Below, in pieces: positions 33,653 through 46,411 of a stretch of DNA of 64,000 nt. The notes under the pieces are model-generated. The model was not told the origin of the DNA. It did no database searches and worked only from the letters and a program-made list of their open reading frames with translations. The DNA lies in assembly GCA_030390025.1 (NCBI GenBank), contig JASTWF010000034.1:186001-250000 (forward strand). Direction: 5' to 3'. The translations under genes and the position numbers were made by a program. Within the stretch, counting starts at the first letter, position 1. Every line of letters starts with the position of its first letter. Origin of the DNA: Squalus acanthias (lineage: Eukaryota).

Positions 33653-36600
33653 TCATAGAGTCATAGAGTTATACAGCACGGATAGAGGCCCTTCGGCCCA
33701 TCGTGTCCACGCCGGCCATCAAGCCCTGTCTAATCTAATCCCATATTCCAGCATTTGGTCCGTAGCCTTGTATGCTATGGCATTTCAAGTGCTCATCCAA
33801 ATGCTTCTTGAATGTTGTGAGGGTTCCTGCCTCCACAACCCTTTCAGGCAGTGAGTTCCAGACTCCAACCACCCTCTGGGTGAAAAAGTTCGTTCTCAAA
33901 TTCCTTCTAAACCTCCCGCCCTTTACCTTGAATCTATGCCCCCTTGTTATAGACCCCTCTACTAAGGGAAAAAGCTGCTTAGTATCCATCCTATCTATGC
34001 CCCTCATAATTTTGTACACCTCAATCATGTCCCCCCTCAGCCTCCTCTGCTCCAAGGAAAACAAACCCAATCTGCCCAGTCTCTCTTCATAGCTGAAGCA
34101 CTCCAGCCCGGGTAACATTCTGGTGAATCTCCTCTGCACCCTCTCCAAAGCGATCACATCCTTCCTGTAGTGTGGCGACCAGAACTGCACACAGTATTCC
34201 AGATGTGGCCTAACCAGTGTTTTATACAGCAACATCATAACCTCCTTGCTCTTATATTCTATGCCTCGGCTAATGAATGCAAGTATCCCATATGCCTTTT
34301 TTACCACCTTATCCAGCTGTTCCGCCGCCTTCAGGGATCTGTTTACTTGCACACCAAGATCCCTCTGACCCTCTGTCTTGCCTAGGGTCTTACCATTCAT
34401 TGTGTATTCCCTTGCCTTGTTAGTCCCTCCAAAGTGCATCACCTCGCACTTTTCCGGATAAATTCCATTTGCCACTTTTCCGCCCATCTGACCAACCCAT
34501 CTATATCGTCCTGCAGACTGAGGCTACCCTCCTCGCTATTTACCACCCTACCAATTTTTGTATCATCCGCGAACTTACTGATCATACCTTTTACATTCAT
34601 ATCCAAGTCGTTAATGTAGAGCACAAACAGCAAGGGACCCAGCACCGATCCCTGTGGTACCCCACTGGCCACAGGCTTCCAGTCACAAAAACAACCTTCG
34701 ACCATCACCCTCTGCCTTCTGCCACTGAGCCAGTTTTGTATCCAATGTGCCAAGGCACCCTGGATTCCATGGGCTCTTACCTTCTTGACCAGTCTCCTGT
34801 GCGGGACTTTATCGAAGGCCTTACTGAAATCCATGTATACCACATCCACTGCGTTACCCTCATCCACACACCTAGTCACCCCCTCAAAAAATTCAATCAA
34901 ATTAGTCAGACATGATCTTCCCTTGACAAAGCCATGTTGGCTAACCCTGATTAATCCTTGCCTCTCCAAGTGGAGACTCATTTTGTCCCTCAGAATTTTT
35001 TCCAATAATTTTCCTACCACTGATGTTAGGCTCACTGGCCTGTAGTTCCCTGGTTTTTCCCTACTCCCTTTCTTGAATAATGGTACTACATTAGAGGTTC
35101 TCCAGTCCTCTGGCACATCCCCTGTGGCCAGAGAGGTTCTGAATATATGTGTTAGAGCCCCCGCAATCTCCTCCTTTGCCTCACACAGCAGCCTGGGATA
35201 CATTTCGTCCGGACCTGGGGATTTATCCATTTTTAGACCTGCTAAAACCGCCAATACCTCCTCCCTCTCGATGTTAAAATGTTCGAGTATATCACAGTCC
35301 CCCTGCCCTAAATTTATGTCCAGCATCGTCCTTCTCCATAGTGAAAACAGATGCAAAAAATTCATTTAGAACTCCACCTACATCTTCCGGCTCCACACAC
35401 AGACTGCCACTTTTGTCCCTAATGGGCCCTATTTTTTCCCTAGTTATCCTCTTACCCTTAATATACTTATAAAACATCTTAGGATTTTCCTTTATTTTGC
35501 TCGCCAGTGTTATTTCATGGCCCCTCGTTGATCTCCTAATTTCTTTTTTAAGTATCCCCCTGCACTTTTTGTACTCCTCTAGTGCTTCCTCTGTCTTTAG
35601 CATTTTGTATCTGCCAAAAGCCCTCCTTTTTTTCCTGATCCATTCTCGTATATCCCCTGACATCCAAGGTTCCCTGGGGTTTTTGGAACCACCCTTGACC
35701 TTTACGGGAACATGCTGCCATTGTATGATCTCAATCTCCCTTCTGAAAGAATCCCATTGCTCCGATGCGGATTTTCCTACAAGCAGCTGATCCCAGTCCC
35801 TTTTGGCCAGATCCTGCCTTATCCTATTAAAATCGGCCTTCCCCCAATTTAGAACCTTTATTTCCGGCCCATCCCTGTCCTTTTCCATGACCACCTTAAA
35901 TCTCACCGTATTATGGTCACTGTCACCAAAGTGCTCACCTACTAGCACTTCTTCCACTTGGCCGGCCACATTCCTTAGAATTAGGTCCAGTACCGCCCCC
36001 TCCCTTGTAGGACTTTCTACATGCTGGCTCAAAAAGCTCTCCTGGATGCACTTTAAGGGGTAAAAATTGAGTCGCGCCCCATTTGGGGCGCTAACCTCGC
36101 CGGGGCGCTACTTTTAGCGCCCCGAAAAAATTAGCGGCCCCGCGCCGGAACTTCAGTGGTTGCGCCCCAAGAGGGAAGCGGGGCGCCTAAGGAAGCACCC
36201 CGCATCCCTCTTGGGGCGCTGCGAGGGACGTCGCGCCGCGGTATTGCAGGCCTTCCTCCCCTTCTTAAAGGGGAGGGACCCTGCGCAGCGCGAACCGGGG
36301 CCCAGCTGGGCCTCCAGGGATCGGGAGTGCCGGCAAAAGAGCCCGGCACTCAAGAGAAGTGCCGGGCTCTTGGAGCGCAGCCGGCACTTCACGGTGGGGG
36401 GGCTTCACGGGGGCCGGGGACAGCAACAGGGGCAGGTGCTGGCAGGCGGCCAGCAACAAAAATGGCCGCCTGCCACCTCCCCTTTAAATATCGCCGCCCC
36501 GGCCGCACGTACGCCTCCCTGAGCCCGTCGGACATAGCGTCTGGCGGTAAATCAGGGGGCGCGACTGAACATCGCGGCTGGAGCGCGAGCGGGGTGCTGC

Positions 36601-37470
36601 GCACGGCGATGACGTCATCGCCAGCGGCGCAGCGCCACAGGGCGCTACCGGCTGGCGCCGCCGCTAACCTCCCGCTGAATTTTGCGGGAGGCGTGGGCGG
36701 CGCTGCGCCCGGGCGTTAGCTGCTTTACGCCCCATTAGCGCCCTCTTAAGGCGCTAACGGGAGGCGCAAGCAGCTGAATTTTTCCCCCATAGAATTTTGA
36801 ACCCTCTTAGCCTTTCACACTCTGACTATCCCAGTTAATATTGGGGAAGTTGAAATCCCCCATTATTATTACCCTATTATTTGCACATTTCTCTGAGATT
36901 TGCCTACACATCTGTTCCTCTATCTCCCCCTGACTGTTTGGGGGCCTATAGTACGCTCCCAGCAAAGTGCTTGCCCCCTTTTTGTTTTTAAGCTCCACCC
37001 ATATAGCCTCATTGGAGGAACCTGCTAATATATCATCCCTCCTTGTGGCAGTAATTGATTCCTTAATTAATATTGCAACACCCCCTCCTCTTCTACCTCC
37101 CCCTCTGTCTCGCCTGAAGATTCTGTACCCCGTAATATTGAGCTGCCAGTCTTGCCCCTCTCTCAACCATGTCTGCGTGATAGCAACAATATCATACTCC
37201 CATGTGTTTATCAACACCTTCAGTTCATCCACCTTATTCGCTAGACTCCTTGCATTAAAATAGATGCCCTCCAGCCTTGCTCTTACATGTTTGCCCTGTC
37301 TTCCAAGCTGACTTTTTTTCTCTATATTTGACTGTACATCACCCCTTATTGTAGCTCCACTCTGTATCCCATCCCCCTGCCAAGTTAGTTTAAACCCCCA
37401 CCCCCAACAGTGCTAGCAAACCTCCCCGCAAGGATATTTGTCCTGCTCTGGTTCAGGTGCAAACCGTCCG
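33653..37470 (-). mobile_element. Near-complete CR1 ORF2 plus ORF1 end, frameshifted and interrupted by a MITE
   Basis: EN (36807-37260, 35292-36050), RT (34439-35365), C-terminus and tail; same subfamily as 2550-4779. Confidence 0.92.
36057..36788. mobile_element. GC-rich non-autonomous DNA transposon (MITE, Harbinger-like termini)
   Basis: Imperfect TIRs GGGGTAAAAATTGAG / CTGAATTTTTCCCCC; splits CR1 sequence CACTTTAA|GAATT with 3 extra nt; subterminal GGCGCTA repeats. Confidence 0.75.
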
Positions 37471-37648
37471 ACTGCTGGGGAGTGTGGACAGAGAATCAGT
37501 CCCTTTTGTAAAGGACATTGGAAGCTGTGAGGGTTTGAAGGTTACAGAAGCAGGTCATGAACACTCCTGTGTTGGAGGGTAAAGAACAACCTGATAGAGA
37601 TTAATGGGCAAGCACAACGAATGATAACAGCTCACATCCCCACTAAAC

Positions 37649-38016
37649 CAGCAGCTCCCCGGCCCACGGACCCAGCAGCTCCCCGGCCCACGGACCCAGC
37701 AGCTCCCCGGCCCACGGACCCAGCAGCTCCCCGGCCCACGGACCCAGCAGCTCCCCGGCCCACGGACCCAGCAGCTCCCCGGCCCACGGACCCAGCAGCT
37801 CCCCGGCCCACGGACCCAGCAGCTCCCCGGCCCACGGACCCAGCAGCTCCCCGGCCCACGGACCCAGCAGCTCCCCGGCCCACGGACCCAGCAGCTCCCC
37901 GGCCCACGGACCCAGCAGCTCCCCGGCCCACGGACCCAGCAGCTCCCCGGCCCACGGACCCAGCAGCTCCCCGGCCCACGGACCCAGCAGCTCCCCGGCC
38001 CACGGACCCAGCAGCT
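37649..38016. repeat. 24-bp minisatellite, about 15 essentially identical copies
   Basis: Unit CCCAGCAGCTCCCCGGCCCACGGA. Confidence 0.97.
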
Positions 38017-38063
38017 CGCCTCCCAGTGAATCACAGCTTTACTAAGAGGGCTGTGGGCTATTT

Positions 38064-39725
38064 CTGTGTGTTACAGTGAGGGGTATATCAGTGTTACAGT
38101 GAGGGGTATATCAGTGTTACAGTGAGGGGTGTGGGGTATATCTGTGTTACAGTGAGGGGTATATCAGTGTTACAGTGAGGGGTGTGGGGTATATCAGTGT
38201 TACAGTGAGGGGTGAGGGGTATATCAGTGTTACAGTGAGGGGTGTGGGGTATATCAGTGTAACAGTGAGGGGTATATCAGTGTTACAGTGAGGGGTGTGG
38301 GGTATATCAGTGTTACGGTGAGGGGTATATCAGTTACAGTGAGGGGTGTGGGGTATATCAGTGTTTCAGTGAGGGGTATATCTGTGTTACAGTGAGGGGT
38401 GTGGGGTATATCAGAGTATTACAGTGAGCGGTGTGAGGTATTTCATTGTTACAGTGTGGGGTATATCAGTGTTACAGTGTGGGCTGTATCAGTGTTACAG
38501 TGTGGGGTATATCAGTGTTACAGTTAGGGGTGTGGGGTATATCAGTGTGGGGTATATCAGTGTAACAGTGTGGGGTGTGGGGTATATCAGTGTTACAGTG
38601 AGGGGTGTGGGGTATATCAGTGTTACAGTGAGAGTTGTGGGGTATATCAGTGTTACAGTGAGGGGTGTGGGGTATATCAGTGTTACAGTGAGGGGTGTGG
38701 GATATATCAATGTTACAGTGAGGGGTGTGGGCTATATCCGTGTTACAGTGTGGAGTGTGGGGTATATCCGTGTTACAGTGAGGGGTGTGGGGTATATCAG
38801 TGTTACAGTGTGGGGTGTGGGGTATTTCTGTGTTACAGTGAGGGGTGTGGGGTATATCACTGAGAGGTGTGGGGTATATCAGTGTTACAGTGTGGGGTGT
38901 GGGGTATATCAGTGTTACAGTGAGGGGTGTGGGGTATATCAGTGTTATAGTGAGTGGTGTGGGGTATATCAGTGTTACAGTGAGGGGTGTGGGGTATATC
39001 AGTGTTACAGTGAGGGGTGTGGGGTATATCAGTGTTACAGTGAGGGGTGTGGGGTATGTCAGTGTTACAGTGAGGGGTGTGCGGTATATCAGTGTTACAC
39101 TGAGGGGTGTGGGGTATATCAGTGTTACAGTGAGGGGTGTGGGGTATATCAGTGTTACAGTGAGGGCTGTGGGGTATATCAGTGTTACAGTGAGGGGTGT
39201 GGGGTATATCTGTGTTACAGTGAGGGGTGTGGGGTATATCAGTGTTACAGTGAGGGGTGTGGGGTGTATCAGTGTTACAGTGTGGGGTGTGGGGTATATC
39301 AGTGTTACAGTGAGGGGTGTGGGGTATATCAGTGTTACAGTGAGGGGTGTGGGGTATGTCAGTGTTACAGTGAGAGGTGTGGGGTATATCAGTGTGTTAC
39401 AGTGAGGGGTGTGGGGTATATCAGTGTTACAGTGAGGGGTGTGGGGTATATCAGTGTTACAGTGAGGGGTGTGGGGTATATCAGTGTTACAGTGAGGGGT
39501 GTGGGGTATATCAGTGTTACAGTGAGGGGTGTGGGGTATATCAGTGTTACAGTGAGGGGTGTGGGGTATGTCAGTGTTACAGTGAGGGGTGTGGGGTATA
39601 TCAGTGTTACAGTGAGGGGTGTGGGGTATATCAGTGTTACAGTGAGGGGTGTGGGGTATATCAGTGTTACAGTGAGGGGTGTGGGGTATATCAGTGTTAC
39701 AGTGAGGGGTGTGGGGTATATTTGC
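38064..39725. repeat. 30-bp G-rich minisatellite, about 55 copies, with 23-bp variants at the left end
   Basis: Unit GTGTTACAGTGAGGGGTGTGGGGTATATCA. Confidence 0.97.
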
Positions 39726-39842
39726 AGTGCTACGGGGACAGGCTGGGGGAGAAGGGACTTGCTGATTTGCTCTTGCAGAGAGCCAGCACAGGCTCGATGG
39801 GCCGTAAGGCCTCATTCTGTGCTGTAACCATTCTATGATTCA
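39726..39842 (+). mobile_element. CR1 3' tail
   Basis: GGCTCGATGGGCCG..TGTGCTGTAACCATTCTATGATTC. Confidence 0.7.
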
Positions 39843-39859
39843 ATAGAGCCAGAGATGTA

Positions 39860-40950
39860 CAACAACAACTTGTATTTAAATAGCGCCTTTAACGTAGTAA
39901 AACGTCCCAAGGCGCTTCACAGGAGTATTTTAAGACAAACAATTTTGACATTGAGCCACATCAGGATAAATTCGGACAGGTGACTAAAAGATTGGTCAAA
40001 GTGGGAGGTTTTAATGAGCGTCTTCATGGAGGAAAGAGAGGTAGCGAGGCGGAGAGGTTTAGGGAGGCAATTCCAGAGCTTGGGTTTAGGCAACAGAAGG
40101 CACGGCCACCAAATGTTGAGCGATTATAATCAGGGATGCTCAAGAGGGCAGAATTAGAGGAGCGCAGATATGTCGGCGGTGGGAGGGGTGGCAGAGTTGT
40201 GGGCTGAAGGAGATTAGAGATAGGAAGGGGCGAGGCCATGGAGGGATTTGAAAACGCGGATGAGAATTTTGAAATCGAGGTGCTGCTTAACCGGGAGCCA
40301 GTGTAGGTCAGCGAGCACAGGGTTGATGGACGAACTGGACTTGGTACGAGTTAGGACATGGGCAGCCGAGTTTTGGATGACCTCAAGTTTACATAGGGTG
40401 GAATGTGGGAGGCCAGCCAGGAGTGCGTTGGAATAGTCATGTCTAGAAATTACAAAGGCATGGATGAGGGTTTCAGCAGCGGATGAGAGGAGGCAAGGGC
40501 GGAGACGGGCGATGTTACGGAGGTGGAAGTAGGCGGCCTTTGTTATGCTGCGGATATGTGGTCGGAGGCTCACTTCAGGGTCAAATATGACACCAATGTT
40601 GCGAACAGTGTGGTTCAGCCTCAGACAGATGTTAGGGAGAGGGATTGAGTCTGTGGCTAGGGAACGGTGTTGGTGGCAGGGACCGAAAACAATGGCTTCG
40701 GTCTTCCCAATATTTACTTGGAGAAACTTTTGCTCATGTCGGTCAAGCAGTCTGACAATTTAGACACCGTGGAGGGGTCGAGAGGAGAGGTAGTGAGGTA
40801 GAGCTGGGTGTCGTCAGTGTCCATGTGGAAACTGACTGTGTTTCTGGATGATGTCACCAAGGGGCAACATGTCGATGAGAAATAGGAGGGGGGCCAAGGA
40901 GAGATCCTTGGGGGACACCAGAGGTAACGATGTGGGAGCGGGAAGAGAGG
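39860..40950 (-). mobile_element. L2 LINE 3' part
   Basis: GVPQGS, AYFHLRNIARLRP, DYSNALL, LHWLPV; L2 tail. Confidence 0.88.
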
Positions 40951-41289
40951 CTAACTGGTATTCTGATCCTTTCTGCACAGTATAATCCCAGCCCCAGACA
41001 TATGTCTAACTGCAGAGAGAGAGAGAGAGAGGCAGAGTCAGTGAGGGAGCAGATACATAGAGAGAGAAAGAAACACTGGGGAAGAGTTTGACTTATATTT
41101 GGTGCTATAGTACAAACCGGGTGATTGTGAATCAGCCACCCATTTTACACCGATGGAAATAAAACTCGGAGAGATGTCGGGCAGGATCCTGGTTCATTCC
41201 CGGAGACGGGGCTGATTGTACACCCTGTGTTCATGCCCAGTGAGACTGCACACCAGGAGCAGAGCCTGGTCAATGTGACCCTGTGACAC

Positions 41290-41900
41290 CTCGAGTGGGA
41301 GGGGCTTCGGCCGCTTTGTGACATTGTTCCTGGCTGCTGTGTGATTGGCTCCTGGCTCCTGTGATGTCACCTCTAGTCAGGGCCCCGCCCCTGGTTATGG
41401 CCCATCAGTGGGATGTCAGTGTGGGAGGAGCTGGAGTGACAGCTGACACTGGGGGTGAGTTTCGTCCCAAAACACAGGGCAAACGACAGAATAGAGCAAT
41501 TTAATACAATCATTCATTTCAAAAATAATCAAATTGATTATACTGTAATTATGGTCACAAAAATGCTCCCCCTGTACCCTGGGATTAATATGAAACATTT
41601 TTCTATTGACAGTCTCTGGGAGTGAGCAATATCTCAGGAAGGTGGAGAGAGAGAAATCGAATCATCGCCACACTCACTGGAACTGGAGAAATGTCGCTGG
41701 TTTCACAGAGCAGATCTGGTGGGACCGAGACCCCCAGTGTGGGAGATGGAATAAAACGGAGAGCTTCAACAATGATTGGAAAGGTGAGGAACTTTACTGA
41801 TAATCCCATCAGTCCAGGATTTTGCTGAGGTGAGAGTCTAACCAGACACTGGGAGCTGTTCAACATCTGCCATCAGGCTCGGCCTTTGATGTGGCAAGTT
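41290..41900 (+). other. Promoter-like segment plus two putative 5' exons of an unidentified gene family (copy 1)
   Basis: ATTGG, TGATGTCA, GC box; donor GG|GTGAGT near 41455; acceptor TTTCTATTGACAG near 41612; ATG near 41690 (MSLVSQSRSGGTETP..MIGK) then AAG|GTGAGG. Confidence 0.45.
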
Positions 41901-42300
41901 GAGCGAAGCTTAACTCGTAGATAAATCTTGCCCGTACCTCACCCTGGAGTGTTTGACACTGACATGTAGAGGGATCTTTATTCTGTATTCACCCCATGCT
42001 GTACCCAAGCTGGTTGTGCTTCACTGGGTAGTGTCAAGGGAGCTGTACGCTGCACGTGATGTATTGGAGGGAGCTTTGCATGTCCCCTGCGCTGGTAGTG
42101 TTTGAGTGAACAATGTAGAGGAAGTTTTACTCTGTATCTCTCTATCTAACCCGTGCTGTACCTTCCCTTGGACTGTTTGATTGGGCAGTGTAAAGTGAGC
42201 TTTACTCTGTATCTCTCTATCTAACCTGTGCTGTACCTGCCCTTGGACTGTTTGATTGGGCAGTGTAAAGGGGGTTTTACTCTGTGTATAACTCATGCTA
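41900..42300 (-). repeat. Degenerate copies of the 67-bp satellite in opposite orientation
   Basis: TTTACTCTGTATCT..AACCCGTGCTGTACCT is the reverse complement of the 43710-46410 unit. Confidence 0.75.
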
Positions 42301-42394
42301 CATGCAGGAAGATTGTGGCAAATGGAATTCAGTCCGGAGAACTGTGAGGTAATGCATTTGGGGAGGGCTAACAAGTCAACGGATCCCACACACT

Positions 42395-43440
42395 CAGGAA
42401 CATAGGAAGAGGAGTCGGCCATTCAACCCCTCGAGCCTGTTCCGCCATTCAATGCAATCATGACTGATCTGTGATCTAACTCCATATACCTGCCTTTGGC
42501 CCATATCCCTTAATAGCTTTGGTTAACAAAAAGCAATAAATCTCCAATTTAAAATTAACAATTGATCGAGCATCAATTGCCGTTTGTGGAAGAGAGTTCC
42601 AAACTTCTACCACCCTTTGTGTGTCGAAGTGTTTCCCAATTTCACTCCTGAAAGGACTGTCTCTAATTTTTAGACTATGCCCCGAGTCCTAGAATCCCCA
42701 ACCAGTGGAAATAGTTTCTCTCTCTCTCTCTACCCTATCTGTTCCCCTTAATATCCTGAAAACTTCGCTCAGATCACCCCTTAACCTTCTAAATTCTAGG
42801 GAATACAACACTAGTTTGTGTAAACTCTCCTCGTCACAACCCTTGAAGTCCGGGTATCATTCTGGTAAACCGAAGCTGAGCTCCCTCCAAGGCCAATATA
42901 TCCTTCCTAAGGTGTGGTGCCCAGAACTGCTCCCAGTACTCCCGGTGTGGTCTAACCAGGGCTTTGTAAAGCTGCAGAATAACCTCTACACCTCTGTACT
43001 CTAGTCCTCTCGATATAAAAGCCAACATTCCATTAGCTTTTTTGTTTATTTTCTGTACCTGTTCATGACAGTTTAATGATCTGTACCTGGACCCCCCAAG
43101 TCTCTTTGGAAATCCACTGTTTTTAGCTTTTCACATTTAGAAAGTAACCTGTTCTATCCTTTTGGGGTCCAAAGTGGATGACCTCACATTTGCTTGCATT
43201 GAAATCCATCTGCCATAGTTTTACCCATTCAATTAATCTGTCGATATCCCTTTGTAATTTTATGCTTTCATCTACACTGCTGCCTATCTTTGTGTCATCG
43301 GCAAATTTGGAGATATGACTTTCTATAACATCATCTGTCATTAATAAGTATTGTGAATAGTTGAGACCCCAAAACAGACCCCTGCGGGACACCAAGTCAC
43401 GTCCTGCCAATTTGAGTACCTACCCATTAACCTACGCTGT
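42395..43440 (-). mobile_element. CR1 3' part
   Basis: FADDTK, LVRPH, tail. Confidence 0.88.
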
Positions 43441-43709
43441 ATCCTGACGCTTTATAAAGGATTAAGCTGGGTTAGAAATTATTACAAAAGAATATAAAGT
43501 ATTATAATATATAAAGGTTTACAATAGAATATAAAGTGTTATGAATTGTAAAGGAATATAAAGGGTTATAATGATTGACGAAGGATGATAAAGGGTTATA
43601 CAAAATTATAAAGGGATTTAAATGGGGTTCAAAGTGATACAAATTATGATAAATGGACATAATCATTTACAAAAGGGTTATTGAGGATTACAATGATTTA
43701 TAAAGGGTT

Positions 43710-46410
43710 ATAAGGCTCCCTCTACTCTGTCTCATCAAACACTCCCAGGGCAGGTACAGCATGGGTTAGATACAGAGTAAAGCTCCCTCTATACTATCCC
43801 ATCAAACACACCCAGGTCAGGAACAGCACAGGTAAGATGCAGAGTAAAGCTGCCTATATACTGTCCCATAAAACACTCCAAGGGCAGGTACAGCACGGGA
43901 TAGATATTGAACAAAGCTCCCTCTACACTGTCCCATCAATCACTCCCCGGGCAGGTACAGCACAAGTTAGATACGGAGTAAAGATCCCTCTACCCTGTCC
44001 CATCAAACACTCCCAAGGCGTATATAGCACGGGTTAGATACAGACTAAAGCACCATTTACGCCATCCTATCGAATACTGCCAAGGCAGGTAGTGCGCAGG
44101 TTAGGTACAGAGCAATGCTCCCTCTACACTGTCCCATCAAAAACAGCCAGGGTTAAGGGCACAGGTAAGATGAAGAGTAAATCTGCCTCTACGTTGTCCC
44201 ATAAAAGTCTCCCAGGGCAGGTACAGCAAAGGTTAGGTACCAAGTTAAACACCCTCTACACTGCCCCATCTAAAACTGCCAGGGCTTGTATATCACAGTT
44301 TGCTACAGGGTAAAGCCCCCTCTACAAAGAGACAACAAACACTCCCAGGGCAGGTACAACACAGGTTAGATACAGAGTTAAGCTCCCTCTACCCAGTCCC
44401 ATCAAACACTCCCTAGGCAGGTACAGCATGGGATAGATACCGAGTAAACCTCCCTATACACTGTCCCATAAAACTATCCCAGGGCAGGTACAGCACAGGT
44501 TAGATACAGAGTAATTCGGACTCTACACTATCCCATGAAACACTCCCAGGATAGGTATAGAACAGGTCAGATACAGAGTAAGGCTCCCTCTACACTGTCC
44601 CATCAAACACTGCCAGGGCATGTATATCACAGTTTGGCAACAAAGTAAAACTCCCTCTACAAAGACCCATCCTACACTACCAGGGCAGGTACAGCGCAGG
44701 TTAGATACAGTGTAAAGTTCCCTCGACACTGTCCCATCAACTACACCCAGGGCAGGTACAGCATGGGATAGATATCGAGTAAAGCTCCCTCTACACTGTC
44801 CCATCAAACTATCCGAGAGCAGGTACAGCACGGGTGAAATACAGAATAAAGCTCTTTCTACAAAGATCCATCAAACACTCCCAGGGCAGGTACAACACAG
44901 GTTTGGATACAGAGTAAAACTCGCTCGACACTTTCCCATCAAACACTCCGAGGGCAGGTACAGCACGGGTTAGATATTGAATAAAGCTCCCGCTACATTG
45001 TCCCATCAAGCACTCCCCGGGCAGGTACAGCACAGTTTAGATACAGCGTAAAGATCACTCTACACCATCCCATCAAACACTTCCAGGGCAGTAACAGCAA
45101 GTATTAGATGCCTTATAAAGCACCCTCTACACTGTCCCATCAAAAACAGCCAGGGCAGGAACAGCACAGGTAAGATGAGAGTAAATCTTCCTCTACACTG
45201 TCCCATAAAACACTCCCAGGGCAGGTACAGCATGGGTTAGGTACCAAGTAAAACTTCCTTTACACTGTCCCATTTAAAAATGCCAGGCATGTATATCACA
45301 GTTTGGTGACAAGTAAAGCCCCCTCTACAAAGACGCATCAAACACTCCCAGGGCAGGTACAGCACAGGGAAGATACAGAGTAAAGCTCCCTCTACACTGT
45401 CCCATCAAACACCCCCTAGGCAGGTACAGCATGGGATAGATATCGAGAAAGCTCCCTCTACACTGTCCCATCAAACACTCCCAGGGCAGGTAGAGCACGG
45501 TTTAGGTACAGAGTAAAGCTCCCTCTACACTCTCCCATCAAACACTTACAGGGCATGTATATCACAGATTGGCAACAGAGTAAAGGTCCTCTACACTGTC
45601 CCATCAAACACTCCCAGGGCAGGTACAGCAAGATTTAGATACAGAGTAAAGCTCCCTCTACACTGTCCCACCAAACTATTCCAAGGCAGGTACAGCAGGG
45701 GTGAGATACAGAGTAAAGCTCCCTCTACACTGCCCCATCAAACACTCCCAGGTCAGGTACAGCACAAATTAGGTACAAAGTAAAACTCACTCTACACTCT
45801 CCCATCCAAAACTGCAAGGGCATGTATATCACAGTTTGGCGGCAGAGTAAAGATAACTCGTCAAAGACCAGATCAAACACTCCCAGGGCAGGTACAGCAC
45901 AGGTTAGATACAGAGCAAGGCTCCCTCTACAATGTCCTATCAAACACACCCAGGGCAGGTACAGCACGAGTTAGATATCGAGTAAAGCTCGCTCTACACT
46001 TTCCCATCAAACACTTCCAGGGCAGTTACAGCACGGGTTAGATACAGAGTAAAGCTTCCTCTACACTGTCCCATCAAACACTCCCAAGGCAGGTACAGCA
46101 CGGGTTAGATACAGAGTAAAGCTCCCTCTACACTGTCCCGTCAAACATTCCCAGGGCAGGTACAGCACAGGTTAGATACAGAGTAAAGCTCCCTCTACAC
46201 TGTCCCATCAAACACTCCCAGGGCAGGCACAGCACCGGTTAGATACAGAGTAAAGATCCCTCTGCACTGTCCCATCAAACACTCCCAGGGCAGGTACAGC
46301 ACGGGTTAGATACAGAGTAAAGCTCCCTCTACACTGGCCCATCAAACACTCCCAGGGCAGGTACAGCACCGGTTAGATACAGAGTAAAGATCCCTCCACC
46401 CTATTCCATC
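43710..46410 (+). repeat. 67-bp satellite, about 40 copies
   Basis: Unit CAGGGCAGGTACAGCACGGGTTAGATACAGAGTAAAGCTCCCTCTACACTGTCCCATCAAACACTCC. Confidence 0.95.
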
Positions 46411-46411
46411 A

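Noticed and set aside
38424..39838. Long repetitive ORFs, also at 37555-38079 and 60600-60972
   Set aside because: Stop-free translations of tandem repeats whose unit length is a multiple of three; open in several frames and strands
37649..46410. CRISPR-like arrays
   Set aside because: Head-to-tail repeats with no unique spacers, no cas genes, vertebrate context
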